In this document: positions 26,884-40,899 of the stretch, piece after piece | Position numbering within the stretch: position 1 is the stretch's first letter | How the letters are laid out: each line of letters begins with the position of its first letter | Assembly (NCBI RefSeq): GCF_006345805.1 | Contig: NC_042999.1 | Location: 69,998,001 to 70,062,000, forward strand | Length of the DNA stretch: 64,000 nucleotides | Source of the DNA: Octopus sinensis | Taxonomy: Eukaryota | Direction: 5' to 3' | Translations under genes and position numbers: made by a program | The notes under the pieces: model-generated | The model's database searches: none | What the model saw: the letters and a program-made list of their open reading frames with translations, nothing else | What the model was told of the DNA's origin: nothing

Positions 26884-27084
26884 TCTATGACTGTTATTTC
26901 TGACAGGTTGAGCGGCCGTGTAGAGGCTCCCTCGTTGACTCGTTTCTTCAATTTACTTATTGGTCAAATGTTTGATTATTCCGAAAAAATTGTGTCCATC
27001 GATCAATCAGTGGACCCTATTGTCCTCAAAATGTGGACAGAGGAGAAGATTTGAAGTTGTATGCTTCAATGTTTTTATTGATAA

Positions 27085-27480
27085 CTAGCAGTATCGCCCG
27101 GCGTTGCTCGGGTTGTAAGGGAAATAACTATATAAGCATTTTTAGAGAGTTATAGCCAAAAAATAGCAAAAAAATGCATTAAAAATTGAAAAAAAATTGA
27201 GGTAAATTTTTTTTTTAAATCGTTGACACATCGTAGATATTTTTAGAGAGTTACTTCCCTTATATAAAAGCTAAAAAAATGCATTCAAATGGAAAAATAT
27301 GATGGTAAATTTTTTTTAAATCGTAGACTCATCGTAGACGCGCGCTAATACCCAGAAGGGCTCGATATGAATCACGACTATAAGATACCCGCTTTTGGTT
27401 AAACTGCACGGCAAAATGTGGGAGTAGTTAGGAATCTAAATCGAAGGGGACAGACACACAACTTCACTCTTATATAAAGA
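27085..27480 (-). mobile_element. Non-autonomous Helitron (family H1)
   Basis: A|TC 5' end, 3' hairpin CCCGAGCAACGCCGGG, CTAG|T 3' end; second copy at 41959-42352. Confidence 0.9.
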
Positions 27481-27499
27481 TGCTTATTTTTTTTCAGTC

Positions 27500-28260
27500 A
27501 TAGAGTTAGATTTATGAAGGTCTTCAGTAGAAAATCCTTCGAATTCTGACTCGCTGCTTGATATAATGAAATTCGTATCCATTTTTTGTCAGAATTACAA
27601 ATTTTGAAAGCACAATAGGAACAAATTTCTGAAAAAAATCTCCCATAATTCACGGGATTAAAATTACACTTCGATTTTTGTACAAAACTGTATTTGAAGT
27701 GTTTACGAAGTATAATACGTGTTTTCACGAATGTACTAAAGAGATTTACTCTGATATTCTCATTTAAATATGAACAGGTAAATTCGGGCGGTTTGGTAAC
27801 GAAAGGGTTTATATAAGTGTCGTCTGTTTATACATAAACACTGTTTCATACTTTCAGTTTAGTCTTGCTCAAATCACTGTCGCTAATTTACTCTCTTCCA
27901 AGAACATTTTCACTCACTGTTATCTGTTAGCTTCCCATACATTTTACTCATGTATCTATCAGCGTGATAGACAGAAACAAATATTACATTTACTTTCATT
28001 TTATTCGTCGCACACTGTGTGTGTGCGTTTGCGTGTGGTGTAAACCAGACTAAGAAAAGCATTTGACACACACACCAGAATGTGAGTTTTCTGTAAATTT
28101 TGCTTAATTGGAGTTTAAATTTTAAAAACTGGACCTGGCATGACGCGATGCATTGTACTCTCAAAAATGCTAGGTAAATTGTAATTGAAGAAATCCTATA
28201 TTGTAGATTTGTATAACTCCCAAAGGGAGGCAGATAAAATCTGCCTTTTATAATAAGAGA
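27500..28260 (-). mobile_element. Helitron-like element (family H2), 5' portion
   Basis: Starts TCTCTTATTATAAAAGGCAGATTTTATCTGCCT; about 270 bp nearly identical to 40404-40673; 3' boundary uncertain. Confidence 0.65.
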
Positions 28261-29524
28261 TTATATATATGAATAACTGAAACAGAGTTTTACAAATAGG
28301 CACAGGCGTGGCAATGTGTTAAGAAGATTGCTTCCCAACCACATAGTTTCAGGTTCATTCCACTGCATGACGCCTTGAGCAAGTGTCTTCTACTAAAGCC
28401 TCGGGTCGACCAAAGCCTTGTGAGTGGATTTGGTAGACGGAAATTGAAAGAAGCCCGTTGTGTATTTACATATGTATATAGCTATGTGTATGTAACTTTG
28501 TGCGTTAGGTCATTTCAATAATCTGCAACTTTCAATGAATTATACAATCTAAAGTCAAGCTGATTTCTACAGTAAACATGATATAATGTGTCACTCATTT
28601 CATTTAAGAAGGTTGTACCACTTAAATCGAAAGTTGAGGTACCATATTTAAAAATGATACTACCGAAGTTGAAAGGGATCCCACAGTGTCTGTGACATTA
28701 CAGAGGTCAGAAAATGGTAGAAACAAATTCGAATTTTTCGAATGCAATTAACACTACCTCAATAACATTTTACTCAGAAGTTTTCTGCCACCGGATATTT
28801 CCTCACATATAATCAACGTTTATATGAAACTTTATCGGGGTTTCATTTTTTAAAAATTTCATGCTATAATCTGTATGGCTATCGTTAATTGCGATAAGAG
28901 CACCTAAAACAACAGTAACATTTCAATTACCGGAATGGTTTATATAACGGAAATTTTAGCTCGTCTTACGAATGAAAGTGAAATCTGTTCTACTGCCAAA
29001 GAAAACCTCAATTTATACCTCTAGCCATAAGAAGGGATTAGCTTCCGAATATTCTCACGTATTACCAATTGCACCCTTTATTATGACAAATGTGTTTTAT
29101 CGCAAACTAAGCACTGCTGAATGCAAACGCATTGCAAACACACACACACACACACACACACATACGTGTGTGTGTGTATACTTGGAAATGGATGCGTGAC
29201 ATTCAATTAGATAATAATAATAAATAATATGTGTGTGTGTGTGTGTGTGTGTAACGACGCTCGAAATGAGTAGATAGACAGCTGAAGAGTCGTCCTGTTT
29301 ACCATTTTTTCTCTTGTTGTTTACGTACTTAACTCGCTTGTTTACGTATTTCATGTTGTTTGCACAGTTGGTGACGTCCTGTACCCATATATGCCTATAT
29401 ATATATGCATATATATATGCATATATGTATGCATATATATATGCATGTATATATATATATATATATATATATATGCATATATATATGCATATATATATAT
29501 GCATATATATATGCATGTATATAT

Positions 29525-29596
<72 letters not shown>

Positions 29597-30114
29597 TGTA
29601 TATTTATATATATATACGCGTCTATAAAAATACATGTATGTATACGCTGCAATACGGACGCTGTACAAGCTCAAATATGATTAAAATATCATGTAACAAA
29701 ATACAGAGTAGATTATTTTACTTTTGCGATAGTCAGTAGTGATCATACTCAAAATAAAGGACCCTAGACATGAATAAAAAAAAAAGGCTACACAATGCAG
29801 ATTTATTAGTGCTAACCTCAAATCTACTACTTACACATGATATACATCACTTAAAAGCATATCAAGTGATAAATTGATGCTATAACGAACCCATCATCTC
29901 ACCTTACTAAATATTTCTTTCGTTTTTTGCAAGTTAACTCACTGCTTTTTCAAGGAGTACATTTTTATAAATACTAGTATCAAATATCTTCATTTGAAAC
30001 GTGTCCTGTAATGAGGTCTGTAATGACCTATTATTTTATATAGTTCATAAGCTAAACAACGATTTCAATCTTTAGAAGTTGAAATATTAAATTCTCAATA
30101 TTAAATACATTATA

Positions 30115-30680
30115 TTGGGTTGTCCGGAAAGTTCGTGCCGATTTATTGCAGCTTAACTTTCGACTTATTTTAGAACATGGTTGAGTCCATGAAATAAGAT
30201 TTGACTACACTTCCATTCAGAGCACAGTTTAAGCTATCTTTTCGTGGAAGAATGTTTATATTCCTATAACCTGTGTTAATTCTGTAACCCTTTAAAATGG
30301 AAGATAAGAAAGTTCATTCTCGGCACTTGATGCTTTGGGAACCAGACAAAAATGGCTGCAGCTCGGCTGGGATGTGTTACCCCACCCTCCATATTCACCA
30401 GATGTTGCTCATTCGGATTTCCACTTATTCAGGTATCTACAGAATAGTCTTAATGGTAAAGATTTCAATTCCTTGGAAGACGTAAAAAGATACTTTGATG
30501 AATTCTTTGCCATGAAACCACCTCAATTCTGGGAAGAGGATATTTTCTAGTGAAAGGAAAGATGGAGACGCATTGTGCAATAAAATGGTTCATATTTGGT
30601 TGATTAAAAATGTAATGGCAAATATTTATTGACCTTTTTCTTTCCTTTAAAAATTGGCACGAACTTTCCGGACAACCCAA
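30115..30680 (+). mobile_element. Internally deleted mariner with intact TIRs and TA target duplications
   Basis: TIRs TTGGGTTGTCCGGAAAGTTCGTGCC / GGCACGAACTTTCCGGACAACCCAA flanked by TA; MEDKKVH..HLMLW joined to LGWDVLPHPPYSPDVAHSDFHLF. Confidence 0.95.
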
Positions 30681-31649
30681 TACTATAGGCAAAAGGGCTT
30701 AAATTCGTGGGGTGGGCTTTATCTGGTTACATCAGCCTTAGTGCTCAACTGGTGTTTATTTTATTGACCACAAAATGATAAAAGGCAAAGTAGATTTCAG
30801 GGGGAATTTGAAATCAAACCGTAAAGCCGGAAGACATGCTCGAAGCATTTTGTCTCGTGTGTTAACGATTCTGCAAGCTCGTTACGTTAAGTTCTCATTA
30901 TTTAAACAAGCACAGTTGCAAAGAGCTATTTAACTCTGTGGCTAAGAAGTTCCTTTCGCAACAGCATGGTTCCAATTTCGATGACACTAGACAGCACTTC
31001 GGTCAAGTATCCTCAGCCATAACTTCTTGTTCACTTAAACTTTGAGAATGGAATTTAGTTGCCTGTAGCAGCGTGAAAGCCAATCATATATCTGTCCGTC
31101 TGTCCATGCTTGTCTGTCTGTCTGTCTGTCTGTCTGTATGTATGTATGTATGTATGTATGTATGTATGTATGTGTGTATGCATGCATGCATGCATGTATG
31201 TATGTATGTATGTATTATTTATGTTTGTATGTATGAGTATATGTATGTGTGTATGTATGTGTGTATATAAGCAACTCCTGTACCTTTTTATTAAGTCTAG
31301 TACTTAGGCTTTCGACTCTTTTGTCGAACCTCTAAGTTAAGGAAATGTCAAAAACCAACATCAAGCGATATGGGGACAAGCATATAGTACTATAGATACA
31401 TTTCAATCAATCATATTAATTGCTTTCGAACCGGATATTACATAACACCACGGTTTAGTGATATCACGTACTCTTCAGAGATTGTATGTCTATAAAAATA
31501 TGGCGACAGTTTTCTGTTATTATGGGTAAGAAATGTTACATTTGGGTGGGGTACTGTGAAAAATGGTGAAGCGAAGGAACAACACACTACCGTAATGACT
31601 GGTGTGGGATTAAATAATAAATTTATAGATGGAATTTGTGTATACAGGC

Positions 31650-32815
31650 TACAAGGGGTATTTAAGGACACTTAATTATTGGTACATTACTCTCTTCAGG
31701 CCAATTAGAATGTTTTGTTGCTTTCAGATCCCCAGTGGCGGGTAAAATGCAAACAGGAAATGAAAAGACATGCCGTCATAGTTGTCATATGTGCGGAACA
31801 CAACCGATTTGGAATTTGCCAACTTTCTAAATGCTGCATGATCTTTTGTACACAAGTTCAGGCGGAAGTGGAAGCCTCTGACAGGAATGTTTCAGCTGTA
31901 TCAGAGAGTAAAAGCATTATAAACGTTCGGACACTTTAAGGACACTGCGATTCGTCTAACGGGTACAAAGAATATCGATGATGATCCAAAAAAATCAATG
32001 AGGCCCATTGCTAAAGAACTTCAAGTATTAGAGTGGACTATCAAAACTGTGGTGCACGAATGCATTCGATACAAGCCTTAAGTACTGAGAAGTCAATTCA
32101 TGTCTGCAAAGACACAGGAACATCGTTTGACACTTACTAAATGGTTACTTACCAAAGTTAAAAGTATGGCATGTTTTGGTGGCATGCCTTGATTCTTCTT
32201 TGATGAGAAAAACTTCGACTAAGACCAAAAGTCTAACAGGAGAAATTGTGATGGTTTTAGGAGTGTTGAAAAACGCAGGACACGTCATACCATGTCACAC
32301 CTTTCCACATGGTTACACAATGTTGTATGATACATTGAAGTGTTGGATATAGTGGTTAAGCCCTGTATGGCTGAAGTACGCAGTGGAGGACCAAACTCGT
32401 TTCAACAAGACTCAATATCTTCTCACAAAGCCCACGTAACCCAAGAACGAATATCAAGCAATATTTATGATTACGTAATACGAAACTTCTGGCTTCCAAA
32501 CCCACCAGATTTACTATGTTTGGAGCGATGTTGAAAGAGAGACTAATCGATATCCTCACTATACCATAGCTTGGCTGAAGGCTACCATGACCGAAACGAA
32601 TATGGACCATTTAGTGGAGATATATCAATGATTTCGCCCCCACATTGAAACAGTCATCGAAGATGAAAGTGAGTTCATAGAATAATCCTTTTAAGAAACT
32701 TTGTCTAGAACATGTGTACATATCTTTTTATTAAAATACATTTGATTTTTGCTGGTTTAGAGTTGTTTTATTAAATTACCAAGTATATCGTCAAATATGT
32801 ATCGCAACCCGTATC
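31650..32815 (+). mobile_element. Decayed DD37D-like Tc1/mariner transposon
   Basis: MKRHAVIV.., FFFDEKNFD.DQKSNRRN, FQQDSISSHKA..NFWLPNPPDL. Confidence 0.75.
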
Positions 32816-33896
32816 TTCTGATATTCATCTTTGCACAGTTATGCGAATATATGAAATTTGCTTTGTATACATGCTTTATGTCTGATTCTGTTTTACTCCG
32901 AGAAACATAAGATGTAAGAATATGTATGCTTATTGGGCCTCCGTCGGTCAATATTAATCATGCGTCTGTACATGTATGTGCAAACCTTAGCAAGATTTCC
33001 TTAAGGAGGCCTATCAGTTGCCCATTCATGCAAGTTTCCTTTCTCAATGCCACCAATGTTTCATAAAAGCAAATACTGCCGACTTTGGCTAATTCAACTT
33101 GGCACCAGACCTTTCTTTCATAGCGTCATGATCTGGAACAATTAATGCAAGGTAGCTCACCCGACTGTCCAACTTCTGCCAATCGACTGCCCTGGATTCG
33201 TACTTTTGTAACAAAATTGTCACCGGCGGAATATGAACTCAGAACACAGAAAATTAGAGCAAATACAGTGAAGCATTCGATCGAACACTCTAACAACCTT
33301 ACCAATTCGCTGCCATGTATATTTTTGTATATATGTTTGATTACTAAAGACTCAAAAATCATTACAGTAATAACCATTGTATATTCATGTATAAATGTTT
33401 GTTCTTAATTGCATCACATTCAAGAAACCTAAAATGTTTAAGTAGCATATAATGTAATTTAAAAAGAAACAGAAATCTCAAGACTGGAACTCTCAGACAG
33501 TGTTGAAAACAACGTTCAGAGTTTCTTAGTTTCCAAGATTATTGTCAGACAGCATATTATGCAAGTCACTTCTACAAATAGAATACATATTCATTTTCTT
33601 GCACCGAAGTTCAACTACCTATAAGTTCTGCTAAATTCCATTTTGTTTTCGAATTATGCCTAATCTTTTTCCATATTATCAAAATCAAATCATCTTAGAA
33701 AATAGATTTTGCTTTAGAAGCGAAACTTCTATTAATTCTTTGAGTGTTTCTATTTCCGTTTCTTGAGAATCTGCTCTTTGCCAAAGTAATTACTCCAACT
33801 TCTATATAATCATCTATTTTGACTTATCTTTATCTATGTTTTGGTTTATGTTTCGCTCTTCTCAACAAAAGAAACTTTTGAGTGCAGTAGAGGATA

Positions 33897-33959
<63 letters not shown>

Positions 33960-34649
33960 GGTGGCGAGCTGGTAGAATCGTTAGCACACTGGGCAAAATG
34001 TTTAGCGATATTTCGTCTGTCTTTTCGTTCTAAGTTCAAATTCTGCCGAAGTCAACTTTGCCCTTCATCCTTTTGGGGTCGGTAAAATAAAGTACCAGCC
34101 TAGTACCAGGGTTGATAAATCGACTTCAATTTGCCCCCATTGAACGAACAGAACCTGTCAACAACAACAACACACCATCTCAAATAACAACACCAATACA
34201 ACAACCCCATTATGTTCATCATCATCACCATCACAACCATCATCACCACAGACATAACCAAGAGCACAAATACCTGTGAATCCCAAGATACCCGTAAACC
34301 AGAAGCTACAACAATAAAGAAACATAAACTTCACTGCTATAAACACGAACAACAAAACACTAAAGGAATACAGAAACCAATGCCCAGACATCACTCAGGG
34401 CGAGTTCATCACTCTAACAAACGACACGCATGAAAATCATCCAAACAGCACAAAACAGATACAACGCCATGAATAAACAAATACCTCGGAGAAATAGGGG
34501 ACTGCAGAGGGAGCATCAACAAAACCTATTATGAACTCCTTGTGGAAACAACAACATGTAACACCAGTGGGACGGAACAGATGTCACCCTGACAAACAAA
34601 ATTGTTGTAAGTGGCTACTTTTAACTTCCTTTATCTTCATGAACATGAT

Positions 34650-35330
34650 ACCTCGCTCAGAATAGACAGTATGAATACATATGGCCTGGGGTCTCCTAGG
34701 AAGCAGGCCTATCTACTCAACGATCTCAGTTTATTAAACATAGATGTGGTGGTCCTCAGCAAAACCAGGTTTTCCTACCCACAAACCCTTGGATACATTT
34801 TCGGTGGATACAAGTTCTACTTATGTCGATCGGAATTTGCGCTGAATTGCTGTGTTGTTTCGGAAAGATCTTGATTTCACAATACGGACCATCTGTTTGG
34901 ACGTAGAGGATAATTGGTGGTATTGAACTTATAAGGAAGGCCATATCTTCAGACTCGTAGCCATGTACGGCATAACAGGGGCCGGGCGACAGGATTTCTT
35001 TAGCCATCTAGAGTGTTTAATGGGGAAGCCATGCTTTTTAGTGCCTAGTAAGAGATTGGAGCAGTATCTTAAATGCACGATTGGACTGTGTGAGCTATCC
35101 GATAGAAGAGGTTGTGCAAAAGCCTCACAAACTTGCACAGAGGCTTCGAACTGTCTGATAAAACCAAACTGGATATTCCGAAAGTGAAATGTGGACTTGG
35201 ACAAACTGCATTGGGTCATTCAGATTGCATCTAAATAGAGTATTCTATAAACCTGTAGATAGGGATAACATGTGTTGTCCACAATTCAGTTTCACACATT
35301 ATTGGCTATAAGGAGAATTTTCTCCGAGAC
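34650..35330 (+). mobile_element. L1/Tx1-type APE endonuclease remnant
   Basis: LRIDSMNTYGLGSPRKQAYLLNDL..IDVVVLSKTR; FRLVAMYG..RQDFFSHLE. Confidence 0.7.
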
Positions 35331-35468
35331 TGTTTCTGCAGTGAACGGTCTTCACAGGTCCGAGTGTACACGAAATGAACGTGTTAAATATGATTGCACA
35401 CACATACACATATATGTACATGCGCACGCACATACACACACAAACACACACAAACACACACACACACG

Positions 35469-35518
<50 letters not shown>

Positions 35519-36357
35519 ACGGGATGCTAATAGTGGTGAAGAGAAGTTTTCAATTTATTACTTCTTAAAACCTACTCAAGCACAGTGTTATCTCAAATCA
35601 TAATGTGACTTCCATGTTTTGTACCTAAAATCCAGTAATATATTTTATCTTATCTTTTTTCCTTACTCTCGTCAAATTTTGACCTTGATGTTTTGTATTA
35701 AATTTCCCTCATTATACACAAATAAATACGTTATTTCGGTAAATAAAATTTTTTCACTGTCTCCTTATCTCATCAGACTATCTTATATACACATTCCCTT
35801 GAAATATAATGGTAAATGGTCCTTGACTAATAAAAGATTTTGCTCAGTCTTTTTATCTTTTTTCTGCCAGAAACTTTTTTTTCTGTGACCATTAATAATA
35901 CATTTACTAATAAATTAGCAGTGTGTCTCCTATCTTTTTGCCCGTCACTCTGGTATACACATCAAAGACCATTGGTAAGCCATAGTACTTTCACTGTCTG
36001 CGGAACACTAACAGGTCGTTTAGTAAGTTGAATTACTCAGTAGAGATCTACATAAGTTTGTACTTTTTACTAGTAAATTGTTATAGATATATTTTTGCGT
36101 GATTTTGTTACATATTATCACATATGTATTTTGTTTTATTATTTATTAAATGGTAAATAGGCGCATGTATTTTGACTAGCTAATCCTTTTAATAGTAAAA
36201 TTTGCTGCAGACAATTTAGCTACAATACTGAATATTTATCACCTGTGGATGTACTACAGGAACCAATAGTCTATAAATATTGAAGAAGAAGAAGAAGAAG
36301 AAGAAGAAGAAGAAGAAGAAGAAGAAGAAGAAGAAGAAGAAGAAGAAGAAGAAGAAG

Positions 36358-36388
<31 letters not shown>

Positions 36389-36467
36389 GGCGATGGTGAG
36401 TGCATGTGGAAAAGTAATATTTTTTATAATTGAACTGAGTTTTTTTATATCACCTATCATTTAACGC

Positions 36468-36740
36468 ATGCGCATCCCAAACTTGCCATTCACTTTAAAA
36501 AGAAACCAATTTCCCGTTTGCCTGTCATATACTATGACTATCAATAAATCACAAGGGTATACATTTGATAAAGTGGGGCTATTCTTGCCTGAACCTGCAT
36601 TTGGTCATGATCAACTATATATTGCATTCTCAAAAGCTCGCAAATTATCTGATGTTAAAGTTATCAACACTGACAAACAAAGGAAAAGAAGAAGGAGAAC
36701 TTACATGAAGAACATAGTTTGTAAAGAAGTATTGGGCTGA
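36468..36740 (+). mobile_element. Helitron RepHel PIF1-like helicase C-terminal fragment
   Basis: LPFTLKRNQFPVCLSYTMTINKSQGYTFDKVGLFLPEPAFGHDQLYIAFSK...KNIVCKEVL (helicase motifs V-VI). Confidence 0.9.
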
Positions 36741-37037
36741 AAGGTCTATAAAAAATTTTAATGTGTATTGGCTCTGACCCATTGCCTTGTGTTATGAGTT
36801 AGCAACGATGTGATTTTCAGAGTATGCCATGTTACATTAAAGTTTTACTCCCATGAAATTATGATCCCTATATTTTACATACAAAATAATTTCTTTTACT
36901 CTAAATTTTTTTCTAGATATGAAATTGTGGTCATGTAAATTTTAAATTGTAAATTTTCTCTGTTCATGGGGGAAATGGAAAAATAGGAGTGAATCTATTT
37001 TATGAGTGTTGTACAAGTCTATAAAATTGTGCATAAA

Positions 37038-37100
<63 letters not shown>

Positions 37101-37142
37101 TAGATACATAAAGTGCATTAAGCAATCATCGTATTCCAATTT

Positions 37143-37312
37143 CATGAAACCACCTCAATTCTGGGAAGAGGGTATTTTCAAGTTAAAGGAAAGATGGAGA
37201 TGCATTGTGCAACAAAATGGTTCATACTTGGTTGATTAAAAATGTAATGGCAAGTATTTATTGACCTTTTTCTTTCCTTTAAAAATCGGCACGAACTTTC
37301 CGGACAAACCAA
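37143..37312 (+). mobile_element. Mariner 3' fragment, same family as 30115-30680
   Basis: MKPPQFWEEGIFKLKERWRCIVQQNGSYLVD followed by the right TIR and TA. Confidence 0.9.
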
Positions 37313-37837
37313 TAATTCCATGAAATATTCACGGGTCCCGCTACTTTAAATTCATTCTTTCTACTATAGGTACGAGGTCTGAAACTTTGGGGAAGAGGGC
37401 TAGTCGCTTACATCAACCCCAATGCCCCATCTACCTCGGTGGCATTTGAACCAGAACATAAAATCAGAAAAAATGCTGCTTAGCTTTTTGCCCAGCGTGC
37501 AAACAATTCACCAGCTCGCAGCCGATATTAATTTGATATTAATATATTTAGATGAGAGTAATATATATTTTAATTGATCCTAAAGAGGATAATAAATAAG
37601 TTAGCATCGAGATTTGAACTTAAACAAAATATAGTAGTTAAAGTACAGCAAGTCATGCGAGGTAATGAAAAAAGATATATCGTTGGTCGACTTGCTTTAA
37701 AAATAGCAGCTAAGTTTCCTTCATATTACAATCTACCGTATCATATAAGAACAGGTTTCATTTGATAATATAGCCTGTATATGTCTGAAAAAAAAACGAG
37801 ACGGTCACGAATGGTATTTTTTATTATATTTTTTATA

Positions 37838-38350
37838 CGCCTTTTTCAAGCCTAGCCAGGCTCATAGGCCCGGTTTCCCGGTTTCTGTGGCGTATGTGTT
37901 CCCCGCCAGTCCATCGCAGCGTTACTCAAGAAACAGGAAAAGAGAGTGAGAGAAAGTTGGAATGAAAGAGTACAACAGGGGTCGCCACCACCCCTGTCGG
38001 AGCCTCGTGGAGCTTTAGATGTTTTCTTTCAATAAACACACACTACGCCCGGTCTGGGAATTGAAACCGCGAGTCCGCTGCCCCTACCACTGAGCCATTG
38101 CGCCTCCACAAATAAATGCACCCTTTTAAAGCCTAGCCAGGCTCATGGGCCCGGTTTCCCGGTTTCAATGGCATATGGGATCCCCAGCCGAATGGGACGC
38201 CAGTCCATTGCAGCGTTACTCATTTTTGCCAGCAACGTGAAATGAAGTGTTTTGCTCAAGAACACAATGCGTCGCCCGGTCCAGGAATCGAAACCACAAT
38301 CTTACGATCATGATGCTGACACCCTAACCACTAAGCCACGCGCCTCCACT
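37838..38350 (-). mobile_element. Two tandem tRNA-derived SINEs (family C and a variant)
   Basis: Heads GTGGAGGCGCAATGGCTCAGTGG and GTGGAGGCGCGTGGCTTAGTGG; shared tail GAAACCGGGAAACCGGGCC..GAGCCTGGCTAGGCTT. Confidence 0.85.
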
Positions 38351-38695
38351 ATTCACGGGTGGTATACCTTTTCTAAAGGCTTGCTTGGTTAATGCTGACC
38401 TGAAGCTAAACAAGACTCTGGTCCGACTATCCAAATTATTCTGGCAATCTGCTCCTTTCCCCTCACATATATCTATTAATATTGAATTAATTTTCTTTCT
38501 TTTATTTTTCTTATTCTAAGGTGGCGAACTGGCAGAATCGTTAACAACCGTTAGTAATTCTTAGAGGCATTCCATCCGTCTTTACGTTCTGAGTTCAAAT
38601 TCCGCCGGAGTCGACTTTGCCCTTCATCCTTGGGGGCAACAGTTAAGCACAGGAATCGATGTAATCGACTTACTTCGTTAAAATAATATATATAT

Positions 38696-38829
<134 letters not shown>

Positions 38830-38989
38830 TATAAAAATAAAAAATAAATATAAGAGAATGGTCACTGTGGCTCATTCTAGCACTAGAAAATCCAAAAGGT
38901 TTCAACCACAAAAATACATGTTTCCTATGAAAGTCAGTACGATTGTTAGCTCACACGAACAGGGCAAATAATTAATAACAAAAATACAG

Positions 38990-39553
38990 TGACGCATATT
39001 TGCCATTTGAATATGGCTAACCCCTAAGGGTGGATGCTACTGTAGTTTGTAGCCCCAGGAAGATACCTCCTCCAGCTGGCTATAGACACACTTTCTGTGC
39101 CCTATCAGTATTTGTGAAGGGAAGTCATCCTTCCTGTCTTCAACTTATGATACACAAGGATTCGAGTTTCAAGGTATTTACCTATCATCGGCGTGTGACA
39201 ATCATAGTTGTCGACGAGAATTCAGTTTCCCTCACAAACACATATACTTTTTCCAGTGTCGATTGACACTGATATTGAAAAATTGAAATCAAACAATGAT
39301 AAATCTCAGAGCGAATTATAAACAGTAGCGGTAACACATCGTGACGCATATTTGCCATTTGAATATGGCTAACCCCTAAGGGTGGATGCTACTGTAGTTT
39401 GTAGCTACTGTAGTTTGTGGCAAATATGCGTCCTGGGGCTACAAACTACAGTAGCATATGGCTAACCCTTAGGGGTTAGCCATATTCAAATGGCAAATAT
39501 GCGTCACGATGTGTTACCGCTACTGTTTATAACTCGCTCTGAGATTTATCATT
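38990..39553. repeat. Complex direct and inverted duplication
   Basis: 38990-39053 repeated at 39341-39404; 39295-39382 inverted at 39466-39553; scrambled interior. Confidence 0.9.
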
Positions 39554-39673
39554 ATATATATATATATATATATATATAAGCTCAGCAAAATTTAGATTCA
39601 GATGAATATGGTACTTAAGTTAAAGGCGCCAGAATTTTGTATGGTATTATCCATATAAATCAAATGGGGTGAT

Positions 39674-39925
39674 TATAATCAAAATAAGCAACAAGGATAT
39701 CCAAGGTAACGTAGTACAATTGTTTCATGCTACTTCATTTTATTAAACACTGTAAGTATTACATCAGTTTTAAAATGTCGAGCAATCTTCAGCCAATCTT
39801 CTATATGTGGCTGAAGATTGCTCGACATTTTAAAACTGATGCAATACTTACAGTATTTAATAAAATGAAGTAGCATGAAACAATTGTACTACGCTACCTT
39901 GGATATCCTTGTTGCTTATTTTGAT

Positions 39926-39929
<4 letters not shown>
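39674..39929. repeat. Fold-back palindrome with a hammerhead in each arm
   Basis: Arms about 120 bp, loop about 39795-39808; flanked by (TA)n. Confidence 0.9.
39807..39892 (+). ncRNA. Hammerhead ribozyme with long stem II insert; mirror copy on minus strand at 39711-39795
   Basis: GTGG-CTGAAGA-TTGCT...AGCAT-GAAAC-AATT-GTA-CTAC. Confidence 0.65.
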
Positions 39930-39973
<44 letters not shown>

Positions 39974-40360
39974 GGTATGTAGAAAAATACAACATGGACA
40001 AGAACGTATAACTCTTAGAAGACGATACAATAAACATGGACAGGACATTCGAACCCCTCAGTCTTCAGTCAAGAACCGGATCATCGTAGTAATTTCGGCT
40101 GATTAATCTTGATATTACTAGATCACGGCCAGCCCTCCAAGAAAAACTAAGCAACGAGCATTAGAAAAACTAAGCTGGAAGCGTAGATTTCCTGGAAGAA
40201 GGATCGAATGCATACGAACACCAGGACAGCAAAAGGGACAGATATAAAAAAAACAAAAAAACAAAAAAACAAAAAACAATAATGGAATACAGAAACATGA
40301 AATACAGAAGCATTAACGGTGAAAACAACAAGTGTCTTACGACTGATAACAAGCAAACAA

Positions 40361-40403
<43 letters not shown>

Positions 40404-40407
<4 letters not shown>

Positions 40408-40673
40408 TATTATAAAAGGCAGATTTTATCTGCCTCCCTTTGGGAGTTATACAAATCTACAATATAGGATTTCTTCAATTACAATTTACCTACCATTTTT
40501 AAGAGTACAATGCATCGCGTCATGCCAGGTCCAGTTTTTAAAATTTAAACTCCAATTAAGCAAAATTTACAGAAAACTCACATTCTGGTGTGTGTGTCAA
40601 ATGCTTTTCTTAGTCTGGTTTACACCACACGCAAACGCACACACACAGTGGGCAACGAATAAAATGAAAGTAA
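40404..40673 (+). mobile_element. Helitron-like family H2, truncated 5' copy
   Basis: Near-identical to the reverse complement of about 27990-28258. Confidence 0.75.
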
Positions 40674-40899
40674 TTGACTTACTGTAGTGAGTGATTCTTT
40701 CACTTCCTCTTTCCACACATTGACACGCAAATATATAAATAAAATTGTAAGCTAACGTGTGTGTGTGTGAGTGGGTGTGTGTGGGTGTGCGCGCGTGTGT
40801 GTGTGTGAGGGTGCGTGTGTGTGTGTGTGTGCGTGTGCGTGAGTGTGTGACAGGAAAGTTTTTTACGACGAATATAACACCTATATCCAAGTAGCAGAA

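Noticed and set aside
36468-36740. Host PIF1 helicase gene
   Set aside because: Isolated C-terminal fragment with degenerate motifs and a Helitron-type ending.
40040-40130. Additional hammerhead-like fragments (minus-strand CTGAAGA and GAAA motifs)
   Set aside because: Could not assemble consistent stems I-III.
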